Source: an uncultured Acidobacteriota bacterium
GTDB lineage: Bacteria > Acidobacteriota > UBA6911
Reading direction: 5' to 3'
Length of the DNA: 64,000 bases
NCBI GenBank assembly: GCA_963843575.1
Contig: CAWJKZ010000009.1
Coordinates: forward strand, 128,001 to 192,000
The position numbers and the translations under genes were made by a program. Shown piece by piece: positions 1 to 10,226 of the stretch. The notes below the pieces were generated by a model. The model searched no databases and was not told the origin of the DNA. It worked only from the letters and a program-made list of their open reading frames with translations. Position 1 is the first letter of the stretch; each line of letters begins with the position of its first letter.

Positions 1-4
1 TTCC

Positions 5-255
5 GACTGGCCCGCGCATGGCGAGACCCAAGAGAGTTGACTTCGTCGTTCAGAGGACCGACAAGGATGAGGCCACATCCTCTTGATGGGGGAGGGAAGT
101 TTCCTGCGGTCAAAAGCAGGCGGGGCGTGACGCCGACAAGCGCTCGTGAGGGCGGGGGCCGTCCGTAAGAGAGATAGGAGGTCTCGGCAATCCGCAGCCT
201 CTGCTACTTTGAACCACTGGTAACCGAGGTCCAGCAGCAACCTTTCCCTCCAGGA
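5..255 (+). mobile_element. Probable non-coding left end of an IS110-family element (structured, bridge-RNA-like region) with no transposase following
   Basis: The motif order GGCCCGCGCATGGCGAGACCCAAGAGAG...GACAAGGATG...CCTGCGG...GCAGGCGGG...GACAAG...GATAGGAGGTCTCG...GCAGCCTCTGCTAC resembles leaders I recall upstream of IS110 transposases (recalled, not searched). Self-complementary segments: GGAGGGAAGTT (~91) with AACCTTTCCCTCC (~239), and GGTCTCGG (~180) with CCGAGGTC (~224). Confidence 0.45.
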
Positions 256-418
256 TACTCCGTGTATGTTCGGTGCAAGGTCAACCATCAGCTCGCGCCG
301 AATCAGGTTCAGGGTCTGCGGTATTCGTGAGGTCTGATCCAAACGAAGCAACTGCAGCCTTTTCCGGCGGATTCGAGATGACCGGATTCGTGCCGCCTGA
401 GCCTTGGATTTGAGAGTT

Positions 419-1879
419 CTACCGCTCATGTTCAGGACTCAAGTTGCTCAAAGAATCCTCAATCCCGATCCGGCCGGAACGTGCTGCCTTCAGGGCGACG
501 ACTACGTCGGTCATCGAGGTTTCCGCTCCGACGTTTCCGGGGAAGACGATATAGTTCATCCCGGGGAAGCGCGAGCCTGCGCCAAGGTGCCAGACCGGAA
601 CGCCGGGAATGATCTGCCCCGCAACGACTGCCCTCTGAACACCCAGGGCCTTCGCCGCGATGTCGTTTGATGTGATGCCCCCTTTCGCAAGGATATAGCG
701 GGGCTCGGCAGAAACACCGCTCACGGTCTCGATAAGGGCTGCCGCGACGCCGGCCTGCATCCGGATGCTCTCCTCCGCCGTCTCCCCCCTCACCAGCTCG
801 CGGCTAGTGTAGATCACCGTATCGCGATTGCCATGCATGGCCTGGTTCACCCCTTTCGTCACCCTCTCGATCTCGACCTTCCTGTCGCCGGAAAAGAGCC
901 GACTGACGTCCAACTCGACCCCGTGAACGCCGCCATGCCTCAGCAGGTGCATCAGCTGGCGCGTAGACATGGGCACGAAGGAGCCGACGACGACGAGGCC
1001 ACAAGCTCTTTGCACAGCAGGGAAATCCGATGAGGTTAACAGCGGGCGAGGAGTAAGACCGATGAGCGCCGGTATCAGGGCGGCGGCCGTCCGGAAGAGG
1101 AACCGCCGCCCCTGCTTCATAGCCCGGAAGACGGCCAGCGCGACGACATCCATGTCACTTCGCTCGCAGGCGTTGACGACGCAGAAGCTGCCGTCCGGAA
1201 ATCCTCCAAGTTTCCTCGCAACAATTCCTGGGCCTCCCTTGCGGATATCGTCCAGGGAGACGGAGCAGACATCCTCCCGTGCGACGGCGCCCCCGGTCTT
1301 CTCACAGACGTAGTCTCTCAAGTTTGAAAACGTGAAACCAAACGAGGGATCCTTTGCATAGGGGGTATCGGCCGCGGGGACCAATACGTCTCCGTCCTTC
1401 ACGTAGTGGATATCGTCGATAGTAAGACGTCCCCCCTCGAAGAAGGCGGGCACGCAGAGCGTCACAGCATTCTGCCACCCGAATTCCGCCTTCAGAGTAT
1501 CGATCTCGACTCGGAAGTGGCCGCGCAGCGTCGAGTCGCTGCGGCTCATGACCATGAATCGCCGGTTCGCTCGTGATGCGGCCTGCACCATGTTTCGGGC
1601 AACGTCGCGGTTCAGCGCCGCGGCCTCGGGGGCGGGCAGGCTTCTGCTGTTCGTGAGAATGAAAAAGACCGGGCTGCGCTCGAACTCCGCCGCCAGGACC
1701 TCGACAGGCCAGGCCGTGAGAATCGGGATGTCGTGGACGGTCTGACATCCCGTCGGGTCGTCGTCCATGATGACCAGCGTCGTATCGGCCTCGGCGAAAG
1801 CCTCACGGATCGACGGAACCAGGTCTTCCCTCCAGGGAGCCGGGAGGCTGCGCATGATTTCGGAACAGGGTATTCGCAT
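419..1879 (-). CDS. Four-carbon acid sugar kinase family (DUF1537; OtnK/DtnK/OiaK-like)
   Basis: 486-aa ORF with DDDPTG, SRSDSTLRGH, AKGGITS and PGNVG motifs. Confidence 0.9.
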   Translation of the reverse strand: MRIPCSEIMRSLPAPWREDLVPSIREAFAEADTTLVIMDDDPTGCQTVHDIPILTAWPVEVLAAEFERSPVFFILTNSRSLPAPEAAALNRDVARNMVQAASRANRRFMVMSRSDSTLRGHFRVEIDTLKAEFGWQNAVTLCVPAFFEGGRLTIDDIHYVKDGDVLVPAADTPYAKDPSFGFTFSNLRDYVCEKTGGAVAREDVCSVSLDDIRKGGPGIVARKLGGFPDGSFCVVNACERSDMDVVALAVFRAMKQGRRFLFRTAAALIPALIGLTPRPLLTSSDFPAVQRACGLVVVGSFVPMSTRQLMHLLRHGGVHGVELDVSRLFSGDRKVEIERVTKGVNQAMHGNRDTVIYTSRELVRGETAEESIRMQAGVAAALIETVSGVSAEPRYILAKGGITSNDIAAKALGVQRAVVAGQIIPGVPVWHLGAGSRFPGMNYIVFPGNVGAETSMTDVVVALKAARSGRIGIEDSLSNLSPEHER

Positions 1880-1964
1880 GGCGCCTTCTTCGAGTGCTTC
1901 GAGTCTCTCGAGGGAGCAGTAGATTCACCCCCAAAGCAGCCAAGACTCAAAAATCTCAAGGGTA

Positions 1965-1995
1965 CATAGTATGATATGTAATACATCATACTATG
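1965..1995. promoter_or_regulatory. Palindromic candidate operator in divergent promoter region
   Basis: CATAGTATGAT-N9-ATCATACTATG, perfect 11-bp arms, AT-rich in a high-GC background. Confidence 0.7.
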
Positions 1996-2013
1996 AGGTA
2001 AAGGAGCTCAGCA

Positions 2014-3333
2014 ATGTCCCGAAAGCGGATTCGCACCATCGTTCCTGTCGTGCTTCTGGCCTTCATGGGCGCGGTCACAACGGCGGTTGCCCAGACGGGC
2101 GTGTCGTTTCCCCTGCGGGTCAGCGAGGACAGAAGACACCTGGTCGACAGCAGAGGCGTGCCGTTTTTCATGAACGGCGACAGTCCATGGGAGATCAGCT
2201 GGCAGCTGACGAAGGAGGAAGCCGAAGCCTACCTTGAAAACCGGCGCCAGAAGGGGTTCAACACGGTGCTTGTCGACACCGTCCCGTACACCGAGTGGTC
2301 CGACCATCTCACCCAGACAAACCGCTACGGACATGCCCCCTTCCCGAGTACCGGGGACCTCGGGCAGCCCAACGAAGCGTACTTCAGGGATCTCGACGCG
2401 GTCGTCGAGGCTGCCGCCAGGAAAGGCATGCTGGTCCTGTTGTGCGCGGCGGATCTGGGCTCCAGCGACATGTGGCGGCCGCAGTACATCTCGAGCGGGG
2501 TGGCGAAGTGCGGCGAGTATGCCCGTTTCCTCGGCCGGCGCTTCAGCCGGTTCGACAACATCCTCTGGGTGCTCGGAGGTGATCGCGACCCTCATGGAGT
2601 CTTTGCCCATGTGGAAGAGATGGCCAGGGCATTGAGGGAGACGGCGCCGAAACATCTGATCACCTATCACGCGGGGGCGAAATCGAGTGGAATGTTCTTT
2701 CAGCCAGCGGATTGGTTCGATGTGAACATGTCCTACGGTTACCGCGACCCGCACGGCTTCGTGTCCGAGGACTACAAGAGAACACCGGTAAAGCCGGCCT
2801 TCCTTGGAGAAAGCGGATACGAGGGTGAAAACCTGGACGGGAGAGGCGGCAGCCCCCACCGCGTCCGGCGGCAGGCCTACTGGTCGGTTCTCTCCGGGGC
2901 GTTTGGCCACCTTTACGGTTCGGCGGCCTGGACGATGAAACCGCTCTGGAAGGACTGGATGGATTCGCCCGGCGCATTCCACATGTCTCACCTCGGCGCG
3001 TTTTTCCAATCGCTGCCCTGGCACAAACTTGTCCCCGATTTCGGGCGCAGCGTGATCGTCGAAGGCAACGAGGAGGGGAGCACGGTGGCGACTACGGCGC
3101 GGATACCCGACGGCAGTCTTGCGGTCAGCTACCTGCCGACGCCGCGGCGCGTCACTGTCGACCTTTCCCTGTTCAACGGCAAAGTGGAGGCGCGCTGGTT
3201 TGACCCGACCTGCGGGAAATACTTGCCGGTTGCCAATTCGCCGTTTGAAAACAAAGGCAGCCGCACCTTCACCACCCCCGAGAAGAACTCCGCCGGGGAC
3301 GGCGACCTCGTCCTTGTCCTTTCGGCTCTGTGA
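2014..3333 (+). CDS. Secreted DUF4038/GH140 apiosidase-like glycoside hydrolase with C-terminal putative collagen-binding domain
   Basis: Signal peptide; FPLRVS..RHLVD..GVPFF.NGD.PW, YLENRRQKGFN, W.LGGD, RRQAYW..LSGA.GH.YG, WFDP..G...DLVLVL. Confidence 0.85.
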   Translation: MSRKRIRTIVPVVLLAFMGAVTTAVAQTGVSFPLRVSEDRRHLVDSRGVPFFMNGDSPWEISWQLTKEEAEAYLENRRQKGFNTVLVDTVPYTEWSDHLTQTNRYGHAPFPSTGDLGQPNEAYFRDLDAVVEAAARKGMLVLLCAADLGSSDMWRPQYISSGVAKCGEYARFLGRRFSRFDNILWVLGGDRDPHGVFAHVEEMARALRETAPKHLITYHAGAKSSGMFFQPADWFDVNMSYGYRDPHGFVSEDYKRTPVKPAFLGESGYEGENLDGRGGSPHRVRRQAYWSVLSGAFGHLYGSAAWTMKPLWKDWMDSPGAFHMSHLGAFFQSLPWHKLVPDFGRSVIVEGNEEGSTVATTARIPDGSLAVSYLPTPRRVTVDLSLFNGKVEARWFDPTCGKYLPVANSPFENKGSRTFTTPEKNSAGDGDLVLVLSAL

Positions 3334-3367
3334 CAAGAACAAAAGCTTATAGATACGCTCACGTTCC

Positions 3368-3498
3368 CAGAACGCGGATTTGCGCTGATTCACGCGGAAG
3401 TTGACTCGGTGACAGGCCGCGCCCGGCATTCCTCCCGCGAACTGCCGGGTGCGACAGATCCGCGTAAATTCGTAAAATCCGCGAAAATCCGCGTTCTG
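3368..3498. repeat. Palindromic element with ~9-bp periodic (CGCGGATTT-type) arms between convergent genes
   Basis: 14-bp perfect terminal inverted repeat CAGAACGCGGATTT / AAATCCGCGTTCTG; internal hairpin GCGCCCGGCA / TGCCGGGTGC. Confidence 0.75.
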
Positions 3499-3560
3499 CT
3501 GTTTTAACCGGTGGCCAGCTCCATCCCAAGAATTCGTTAGCGTGTTCATGAAATCGGGTA

Positions 3561-4826
3561 CTAAGAACGCATCGTTGCGTTCTTCACCAATGGGCGGGCG
3601 CGGACACCCAGGAATGCGATGTACGCCAGCGGCAGGAAAAGCACGAGCATTCCGGCGCGCAGGCCTGCCACGTCCGCAATCCTCCCTATGAGCACAGGCC
3701 CAAACGCTCCGCCGACGGCGCTGGAAAACAGTATTCCCATGAGCGCTCCGTGGTGCTTCTCCAGCGAATTGAGTGCGAGCTCGGCGATGAGCGGCCACAG
3801 CACGGAAAGGAAGAGTCCGACGAGCGGAAAGAAGATCAGTGCCATCGTTCTGTTGCCCAGGATCGCGCAGGAGAAGCATCCCAGCGCAAGCAAGCTGGAG
3901 ACCGTCACCACGCGCCGGCTTTCGAATATTTTGATTAGCAGCATTCCCCCCGCGCAGCCGGCCGTAAGCAGAGTCCAGAACCACGACAGCGTTCTTGCGC
4001 CCGTGGTTTCGGGGTCGCAGCCGTGGTATGCCTTCAGGAACTGCGACATCCAATTCGCGTTACCCTGCTCGCAAGCCGAATAGCAGAGAACGCCGCAGAC
4101 GAAAAGCAGGACGGTAGGGTTCTTCAACAGCCCGAGATAAACCTGGAGCGAACCGGCACGTTCCTCTTCCGTCAACTGCACGCGGGGAAACTTCACGAAA
4201 ATCAGCACGCCAATAGTCACAGCGAGCACGGCCGAGAAGATCCAGTATAGGGAAACCCAGTTGAACGATCCCTGCACCAGCCTGCTCAAGCCTTTGCCTA
4301 CAAGGCCCCCGCTCCCGGGGGCGGCGAGCCTCTGAACCGCCATCGAGTAGACGTGAGGGCTGAGCATCGAGCCGAGGCCGTACATCATATTGGTCAGCAC
4401 CGTGAAAAACGCCAGGTTCTCGCCTCCGCACGCGCTCTTCAGCAGGGGATAGAGCGGTATCTGCCCGGCAGCCAGCCAGCAGCCCACCAGGAATAATGAA
4501 ATCAGCACCACCGGATATTGGGGCCGTATTGCGAACGAAAAAGTCCCCGCGAACGCCAGAACGAAGGAGGCAACGACAACCTTTTTGGCCGAGAGCTTCT
4601 CGGTAAGGATGCCGGCGGGAATGGAGATTACGCCGAAGGCGATGAAATAGGAAAAAGGGAGCAGGGCAGCGAGCGTGTAGCTCAGACGCAGATCCCGGAT
4701 CATGTCCGGCAGCAGGGCCCCGACTGCATTCGCGATGACCCCTGTCTCGAACAGTATGCAGTTCAACAGCACTACGACGAAGTAGTTAATCCGCGGTTTG
4801 GGCGCCGCCGCTGGCAATGGGTTCAT
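3561..4826 (-). CDS. MFS sugar transporter (fucose/glucose-galactose permease-like)
   Basis: 421 aa, about 12 hydrophobic segments, SIPAGILTEK and GGA.GP..IG.IAD..GLR motifs. Confidence 0.85.
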   Translation of the reverse strand: MNPLPAAAPKPRINYFVVVLLNCILFETGVIANAVGALLPDMIRDLRLSYTLAALLPFSYFIAFGVISIPAGILTEKLSAKKVVVASFVLAFAGTFSFAIRPQYPVVLISLFLVGCWLAAGQIPLYPLLKSACGGENLAFFTVLTNMMYGLGSMLSPHVYSMAVQRLAAPGSGGLVGKGLSRLVQGSFNWVSLYWIFSAVLAVTIGVLIFVKFPRVQLTEEERAGSLQVYLGLLKNPTVLLFVCGVLCYSACEQGNANWMSQFLKAYHGCDPETTGARTLSWFWTLLTAGCAGGMLLIKIFESRRVVTVSSLLALGCFSCAILGNRTMALIFFPLVGLFLSVLWPLIAELALNSLEKHHGALMGILFSSAVGGAFGPVLIGRIADVAGLRAGMLVLFLPLAYIAFLGVRARPLVKNATMRS

Positions 4827-4974
4827 ATTAATCCGATCTTCGCTTACCGGAGCTGGAGGCGACAGAGCGAAATGGCATTCCGGGATTTCTTTGCGAGATC
4901 GACGGCATCCTCGTCCGTCCTATGAGCGTCCTCACCCAGGAACGATGTTTTTCCGCCCCATTTTACGCCCTGCT

Positions 4975-5000
4975 TGTCATAATATGTGTGATGTATGATA
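4975..5000. promoter_or_regulatory. Candidate operator (TGTAnGA-type heptad motif)
   Basis: TGTCATAATATGTGTGATGTATGATA in the divergent MFS/GH140 intergenic region. Confidence 0.55.
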
Positions 5001-5236
5001 GGATAACCGGCGTCAGCAGATCTACTACCTTCGCTGGGGCGATCCGCAATACCGGGGAGACAGTCCCATGAATCGAAGACGTTTCCTTGAGCCCCGGGGG
5101 GGGCGGAACCGTAATCCTTCCCTTCGGGCCGCGCTTTTCCCGGCCCCGCCGTCCTGTTCTGTTCAACCCGTAAACCCGGCTCGCGAGAGTGCCTTGCAGG
5201 CATGCCACAAAAACCAAGAATTCACGAGGGATCAAC

Positions 5237-6652
5237 ATGTTCGGGAAATTACTCGTCCTGTTGCTGGCCGCGTCCCCGGCGATTGCCGGTCCCGCATATC
5301 CCCTGAAGGTGAGCGCCAACAAGCGCTACCTGGTCGATCAGCGAGATGTCCCGGTGTTTCTCAACGGTGACACCGCGTGGTCGCTGATCGCGCAGGTCTC
5401 CAAGGAAGACGCCGAGCTCTACTTGCGTGACCGCGCCTCGAGGGGCGTCAATTCGATAATCGTCACCTCTCCCGAGGTCTACTACTGCAGCAACTGCCGG
5501 GACAAGGACGGTCCTCAGAATTTCTACGGCGACAGCCCGTTCAACAAAGTCAACGACTTCACCACTCCGAACGAGGCTTACTGGAAGCATGCCGACTGGG
5601 TCATCAGGAAAGCAGCCGAGTACGGCATCCAGGTCCTGCTCTGCCCCTGCTACACCGGCTTCCAGAAGAACAAGGACGGCTGGTGGACCGACGACTGGGA
5701 GAAGAGGAATTCCGTCGAGGACTGCGCCTGGTATGGAGGCTGGGTCGGTAAACGCTACCGGGACTTTCCGAACATCGTCTGGGTGATGGGAAACGACCGG
5801 AACCCCGGCGAGTTGTTCGGCAGAATCGACGCGATGGCCAAAGGGATCAGGTCGGAGGACGCGAATCACCTGTTTACCCATCATTCGCGCAGCGGTATGT
5901 CGTCAGCGGATCCCGCCGTTTGGGCGCCGCAGCCGGTTCCGTCCTGGCTGACACTGAACGGCACCTATGACTATCCAGGCGATGCGGCGCCGAGCGACTG
6001 GATGTACGTCAGATCCTACGCCGACTACAACCGCAACCCGGTAATGCCTTTCTACCTGTTCGAGTCGCATTACGAATACGCCAAGAGTTGGGGCAACGGC
6101 ACGATCCAGGGAATCCCGCTCAACGTCAGAAAAGAGGCCTACCAGTCCGCCTTCTGCGGTTCGACCGGGCACCATTACGGGAACAACGCGATCTGGGGAA
6201 TGAATTCCGTGCCCGATTATCAGCCGGGCTGCGACCTGCCGTGGAAGGAGCATTTCAAGGATCCCGGTACGTCGGTTCTTTTCATAGGGAAGCTGTTGAA
6301 CTCCAGGGCTTGGCACACCCTCGTGCCCGACCAGGATCACACGGTCATGACCGCCGGCTACGGTTCCGGGAGTTCCTACGCCCCATGCGCCAGGACTACC
6401 GACGGTGCGACGATGATGGCGTTCATTCCAGACTCGCGTTCTGTGACCATCGACATGGCGAAGATTTCAGGTAAAGCAGCCAAGTGCTGGTGGTTCAACC
6501 CGCGTTCAGGCGAAAGCCGTCCCATCGGCGACTACCCGACTTCCGGCAAGAAAGACTTCCGTACGCCGGACAACAACGACTGGGTGCTGGTCATCGATGA
6601 TGCGGCAAAGAAGCTCCCGGCCCCCGGCGCAACCCCGAAGGGGAAGCAATAG
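5237..6652 (+). CDS. Secreted DUF4038/GH140 apiosidase-like protein
   Basis: ATG at 5237 after GAGGGA; signal peptide; YPLKVS.NKRYLVDQ..PVF.NGDTAW; WWFNP.SG; DWVLVIDDA. Confidence 0.85.
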   Translation: MFGKLLVLLLAASPAIAGPAYPLKVSANKRYLVDQRDVPVFLNGDTAWSLIAQVSKEDAELYLRDRASRGVNSIIVTSPEVYYCSNCRDKDGPQNFYGDSPFNKVNDFTTPNEAYWKHADWVIRKAAEYGIQVLLCPCYTGFQKNKDGWWTDDWEKRNSVEDCAWYGGWVGKRYRDFPNIVWVMGNDRNPGELFGRIDAMAKGIRSEDANHLFTHHSRSGMSSADPAVWAPQPVPSWLTLNGTYDYPGDAAPSDWMYVRSYADYNRNPVMPFYLFESHYEYAKSWGNGTIQGIPLNVRKEAYQSAFCGSTGHHYGNNAIWGMNSVPDYQPGCDLPWKEHFKDPGTSVLFIGKLLNSRAWHTLVPDQDHTVMTAGYGSGSSYAPCARTTDGATMMAFIPDSRSVTIDMAKISGKAAKCWWFNPRSGESRPIGDYPTSGKKDFRTPDNNDWVLVIDDAAKKLPAPGATPKGKQ

Positions 6653-6709
6653 GTACTTTGAGTCTTGGAAGCCTTTGTGAAGAGGTGAAACGGATGGGGG
6701 CGACAAGAC

Positions 6710-7870
6710 ATGGAATACTCCCGACAGGAATCCATCGTTGAAGCATACAAACCAGCGCTTGGTCGCAAGCGCTGCGACCTGATGACGCCGGCCCTGATAC
6801 TCGACCTTGACGTGGCACAGCAAAACATCCAGTGCATGGCGGAGCGCCTTCGCGACCTGCATGTCAACCTTCGCCCGCACGTAAAGGCGCACAAGTGCGC
6901 GGAGCTTGCCAGGCGGCAGATCCAGGCCGGGGCGATCGGAATCTGCACGGCAACCGTATGGGAGGCCATTGCGATGAGCCGGGCCGGCATTGAGGACATC
7001 TACATCGCAAACGAGGTCTGCGGCTGGGAGAAGATTTCCGCGCTGGCGCGCGAGGCTGCGCTCCGGCACATCGGTGTCGCAGTCGACGATCCCTGCAACG
7101 CGGCGGAACTCTCCGATGCGGCGCGCTGTGCGGGAAGCACACTGGACGTGCTGATCGAGGCGGATGTCGGCATGGGCCGCGGCGGAGTCCGGTCCGTCAA
7201 AGAAGCGCTCACACTGGCCGACTGCGTTACCAGACTTCCCGGTCTGTGCCTGCGCGGCATTCAGGCCTACGAAGGACACTGCATGCTGGAACGCGACCGG
7301 ACCGTGCGGACCCGAAAGGCCGCGGAAGCGATGGGCGTTGCCGCCGAGGTCATCGAAGCGTTGTCTGGGGCGGGATTCGCTTGCGAGACCGTGTCCGCCG
7401 GCGGCACCGGAACTTACGACATCACCGGCAGGGACCCGCGGGTGACCGAGATTCAGGCGGGATCGTACGTGTTCATGGACAACTTTCACGGCAGCCTCGT
7501 GCCGGGCTTCTCGCGGTCGCTCACGGTGCTTGCGACCGTGGTCATCCAACACGATCGCACGATTGTGCTGGATGCGGGCCTGAAATCCATCGGTGTCGAT
7601 GAAGCGCTTCCCACGATGGTGCCCTATCCTTTCTACCGCGCCGAGTTCCATGAGGAGCACGCGCTTTTTACCGTCGATGACCGGTGCGGGCTGAAGCGGG
7701 GAGACACGGTCGAGCTCATCCCAGGCTATGCCCCGACGACCGTGAATGTCTATGATGTGTACCATGTGGTCGAGGACGGGATAGTGACCGGAATCTGGCC
7801 GGTAGCACCACGCGGACCCGGGCACGCAGGCTGGTCAGCATCTTGGCCGCCGGCGGGGGACGCACAGTAG
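6710..7870 (+). CDS. DSD1/D-threonine aldolase family PLP-dependent enzyme (fold type III)
   Basis: TPALILDLD, LRPHVKAHK (PLP lysine), GIQAYEGH, GGTGTY, EIQAGSYVFMD, EEHA. Confidence 0.9.
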   Translation: MEYSRQESIVEAYKPALGRKRCDLMTPALILDLDVAQQNIQCMAERLRDLHVNLRPHVKAHKCAELARRQIQAGAIGICTATVWEAIAMSRAGIEDIYIANEVCGWEKISALAREAALRHIGVAVDDPCNAAELSDAARCAGSTLDVLIEADVGMGRGGVRSVKEALTLADCVTRLPGLCLRGIQAYEGHCMLERDRTVRTRKAAEAMGVAAEVIEALSGAGFACETVSAGGTGTYDITGRDPRVTEIQAGSYVFMDNFHGSLVPGFSRSLTVLATVVIQHDRTIVLDAGLKSIGVDEALPTMVPYPFYRAEFHEEHALFTVDDRCGLKRGDTVELIPGYAPTTVNVYDVYHVVEDGIVTGIWPVAPRGPGHAGWSASWPPAGDAQ

Positions 7871-7902
7871 ATAGTTCGTATTTCGCCCCAGGAGGAGAGA
7901 CC

Positions 7903-9381
7903 ATGCAATTGCCCGCGCTACGTCTGCTGAGCCGCGACGAGTTGGAGAGGATCCATCAGGCAGCGTTACGTATCCTCGACGAGGTCGGGATTCTGCTCGA
8001 GCACACCGGGGCACAGGATCTTCTCGAGGGCGCCGGGGCTCGTGTCGATCGGGCGACCAACCGCGTGTACATGCCGCCCGATCTCGTGGAAGCGAAAAGA
8101 GTCCTCATCCCGAAGCGCTTCACCTATCACGGCCGGACGCCGGAGTACGACTACACCGCCGCGCTGGACGGCGACATCGGCGGCCGGAGTTCGGGGGGCC
8201 CGCCCTACTATATCGACCCGGTGACCGGCGCTGCGCGCCGGGCCAATATCGCCGACTGGCGCGATTTCTGCAAAGTTACGGACGCGCTGCCCAACATAAC
8301 GGCCACCGCTAACCAACACTGCGGCGACGTGCCGGGTCTGACGTCCGACCTGTACAGCCTCAGGACCATGCTGGAATGCCAGCGCAAGTGCTCGGTTCAC
8401 GGTGCGGCGACGGTAACGAACCTCCGTTACCAGATCGAGATGATGCTTGCGGTGCGCGGCACACGCGAGGCGCTCGCAGAGCGCCCGATGGTTCACCACA
8501 TGGTCCCACCGGATAATCCGCTTTTCCTGCACGAAGACCTCGTCGCACAGATCCTTTTGGCCGTGGAGTACGGGCTGCCGATGGACATGCCCGTGATGTC
8601 GATCGCGGGCGTCTCGTCCCCCGCAACACTGGCCGGCACACTCGCCCAGAACCTGGCCGAAGAACTCGCCGCCACCACCCTTGTCCAGACCGCCCGGCCG
8701 GGACACCCGCAGGCCTTTTTCATCGACCCGATGGTGGGGAACATGAGGACCGCGGAGGCGCTGGGAGGAGCACCGGAATCCGCGCTCCTTCTCGGTGCTA
8801 TCTGCCAGCTGGGCACCGAGCTGTTCGGGGTGCCCACCGAAGCCATCGGTTTCGTCAGCGACGGCTTCACAGGGGCACAGACCATGTTCCACAAGGCGCA
8901 GAACCTCATTTTTCAGGTTCTGTCCGGCGGCAAGCTCATCGTCGGGGCGGGTACCGTCGAGAGCATCATGGCCCTCAGCCCCATACAGCTGGTCATCGAC
9001 GACGAACTCATCGCGATCGCCAGGCGCTGGCTCGAGGGGATCAAGGTGGACGAGGAGTCGCTCGCCGTCGACACGGTGGCACGAGTGGGGCCGCGCGGCA
9101 GCTACCTGGCCGATGCGCACACGGTCTACGCGATTCGCACGCGGCAACTCGTCACTCTGCAGCTCGCCGAAAGGGAGAGCCGCCGCCAGGTTTGGGAAGC
9201 CGCGGGGAAGAAAACTTTGGAGTCGAGGGCAGCAGAGAAGGCGCAGTCGATCATCGAGCGCCATGAGGTCCCGCCTCTCCCCGATGAAGTCCGGAGAGAG
9301 CTGGCCGTCATTCTAAAGAAAGCCGACATACAGGTCGCGGGGGCCGACGGCAGCGCCGCCTCGACGCCGGCAGGAGCTTAA
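7903..9381 (+). CDS. Trimethylamine methyltransferase (MttB) superfamily protein, no pyrrolysine codon
   Basis: LLS..ELERIHQAAL.IL.EVGI, G.SSPATLAGTLAQ..AE.LA, GAG.VES...LSP.QLVIDDE, VGPRG.YL, HEVPPLPDEV; no in-frame TAG; RBS AGGAGG. Confidence 0.9.
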   Translation: MQLPALRLLSRDELERIHQAALRILDEVGILLEHTGAQDLLEGAGARVDRATNRVYMPPDLVEAKRVLIPKRFTYHGRTPEYDYTAALDGDIGGRSSGGPPYYIDPVTGAARRANIADWRDFCKVTDALPNITATANQHCGDVPGLTSDLYSLRTMLECQRKCSVHGAATVTNLRYQIEMMLAVRGTREALAERPMVHHMVPPDNPLFLHEDLVAQILLAVEYGLPMDMPVMSIAGVSSPATLAGTLAQNLAEELAATTLVQTARPGHPQAFFIDPMVGNMRTAEALGGAPESALLLGAICQLGTELFGVPTEAIGFVSDGFTGAQTMFHKAQNLIFQVLSGGKLIVGAGTVESIMALSPIQLVIDDELIAIARRWLEGIKVDEESLAVDTVARVGPRGSYLADAHTVYAIRTRQLVTLQLAERESRRQVWEAAGKKTLESRAAEKAQSIIERHEVPPLPDEVRRELAVILKKADIQVAGADGSAASTPAGA

Positions 9382-9412
9382 CTGAGGTGACAGACGACAA
9401 AGGAGACGTGAC

Positions 9413-10195
9413 ATGGGTAAGGGTACTGGCAGGGTTGCCGGGAAGCGAGCCATCGTTACAGGGGCCGGCAGCGGCATCGGGCGGGCGACCGCGATTTTGT
9501 TTGCACGCGAGGGTGCCAGGGTCGGGCTGATCAGCCGGCGCGAATCGATGTTGCGCGAGGTGGAGTCGGTCATCGCGGAAGAGGGCGGGGAATCTCTGGT
9601 TCTGCCGTGCGATGTCTCGAAACAAGATCAGGTCGCCGGCGCCTTCGCGGCGGTCGAGGAACGCTGGGGAGGCGTGGATGCCTGCGTTGCGGTTGCGGGC
9701 ATCGAACGCTGGGCGGAGGGAGACGACCGCGTCGACCGCCTGGAGCTCGCGGTCTGGCAGGAGATCATCGACATCAATCTGACCGGGATGTTCCTGACTC
9801 TGAAATGCGCGGTCCGCGCCATGCTGAAGATCGGAGGCGGGGCTATCGTCGTAACAGGCTCGCCGACCGGCCTGTACGGTTTTGCGGCAGGCGAAAATGC
9901 TTACAGCGCCAGCAAAGCTGGCTGTCATGGACTCGCCCGGGTCCTCGCGAACGAAGTCGCCCCGGAGCACATCCGGGTAAATATCGTCGTGCCGGGATTC
10001 ATCGAGGCCGGGGTCAACGAGAAATTCATGCGAGAGAACCCACAGGGAGTGGAGGACTATTGTCGGGCCACTCCCATGCGTCGTATAGGGCAACCTGAAG
10101 AGGTCGCACCGATGAACCTCTTCCTCTGCACCGACGAGGCATCGTTCACTACTGGCGGCTACTTTGTAGTGGACGGCGGTTATATCGCAATCTGA
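9413..10195 (+). CDS. Short-chain dehydrogenase/reductase
   Basis: TGAGSGIG, YSASK, IRVN...PG motifs. Confidence 0.92.
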   Translation: MGKGTGRVAGKRAIVTGAGSGIGRATAILFAREGARVGLISRRESMLREVESVIAEEGGESLVLPCDVSKQDQVAGAFAAVEERWGGVDACVAVAGIERWAEGDDRVDRLELAVWQEIIDINLTGMFLTLKCAVRAMLKIGGGAIVVTGSPTGLYGFAAGENAYSASKAGCHGLARVLANEVAPEHIRVNIVVPGFIEAGVNEKFMRENPQGVEDYCRATPMRRIGQPEEVAPMNLFLCTDEASFTTGGYFVVDGGYIAI

Positions 10196-10226
10196 GGTCT
10201 ATCTACAAACAAACAAGGAGGCAGCG

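Noticed and set aside
4828-4908. 26-aa minus-strand ORF ending just before the MFS start
   Set aside because: Could be a leader or remnant, but there is no homology cue and the RBS spacing is poor.
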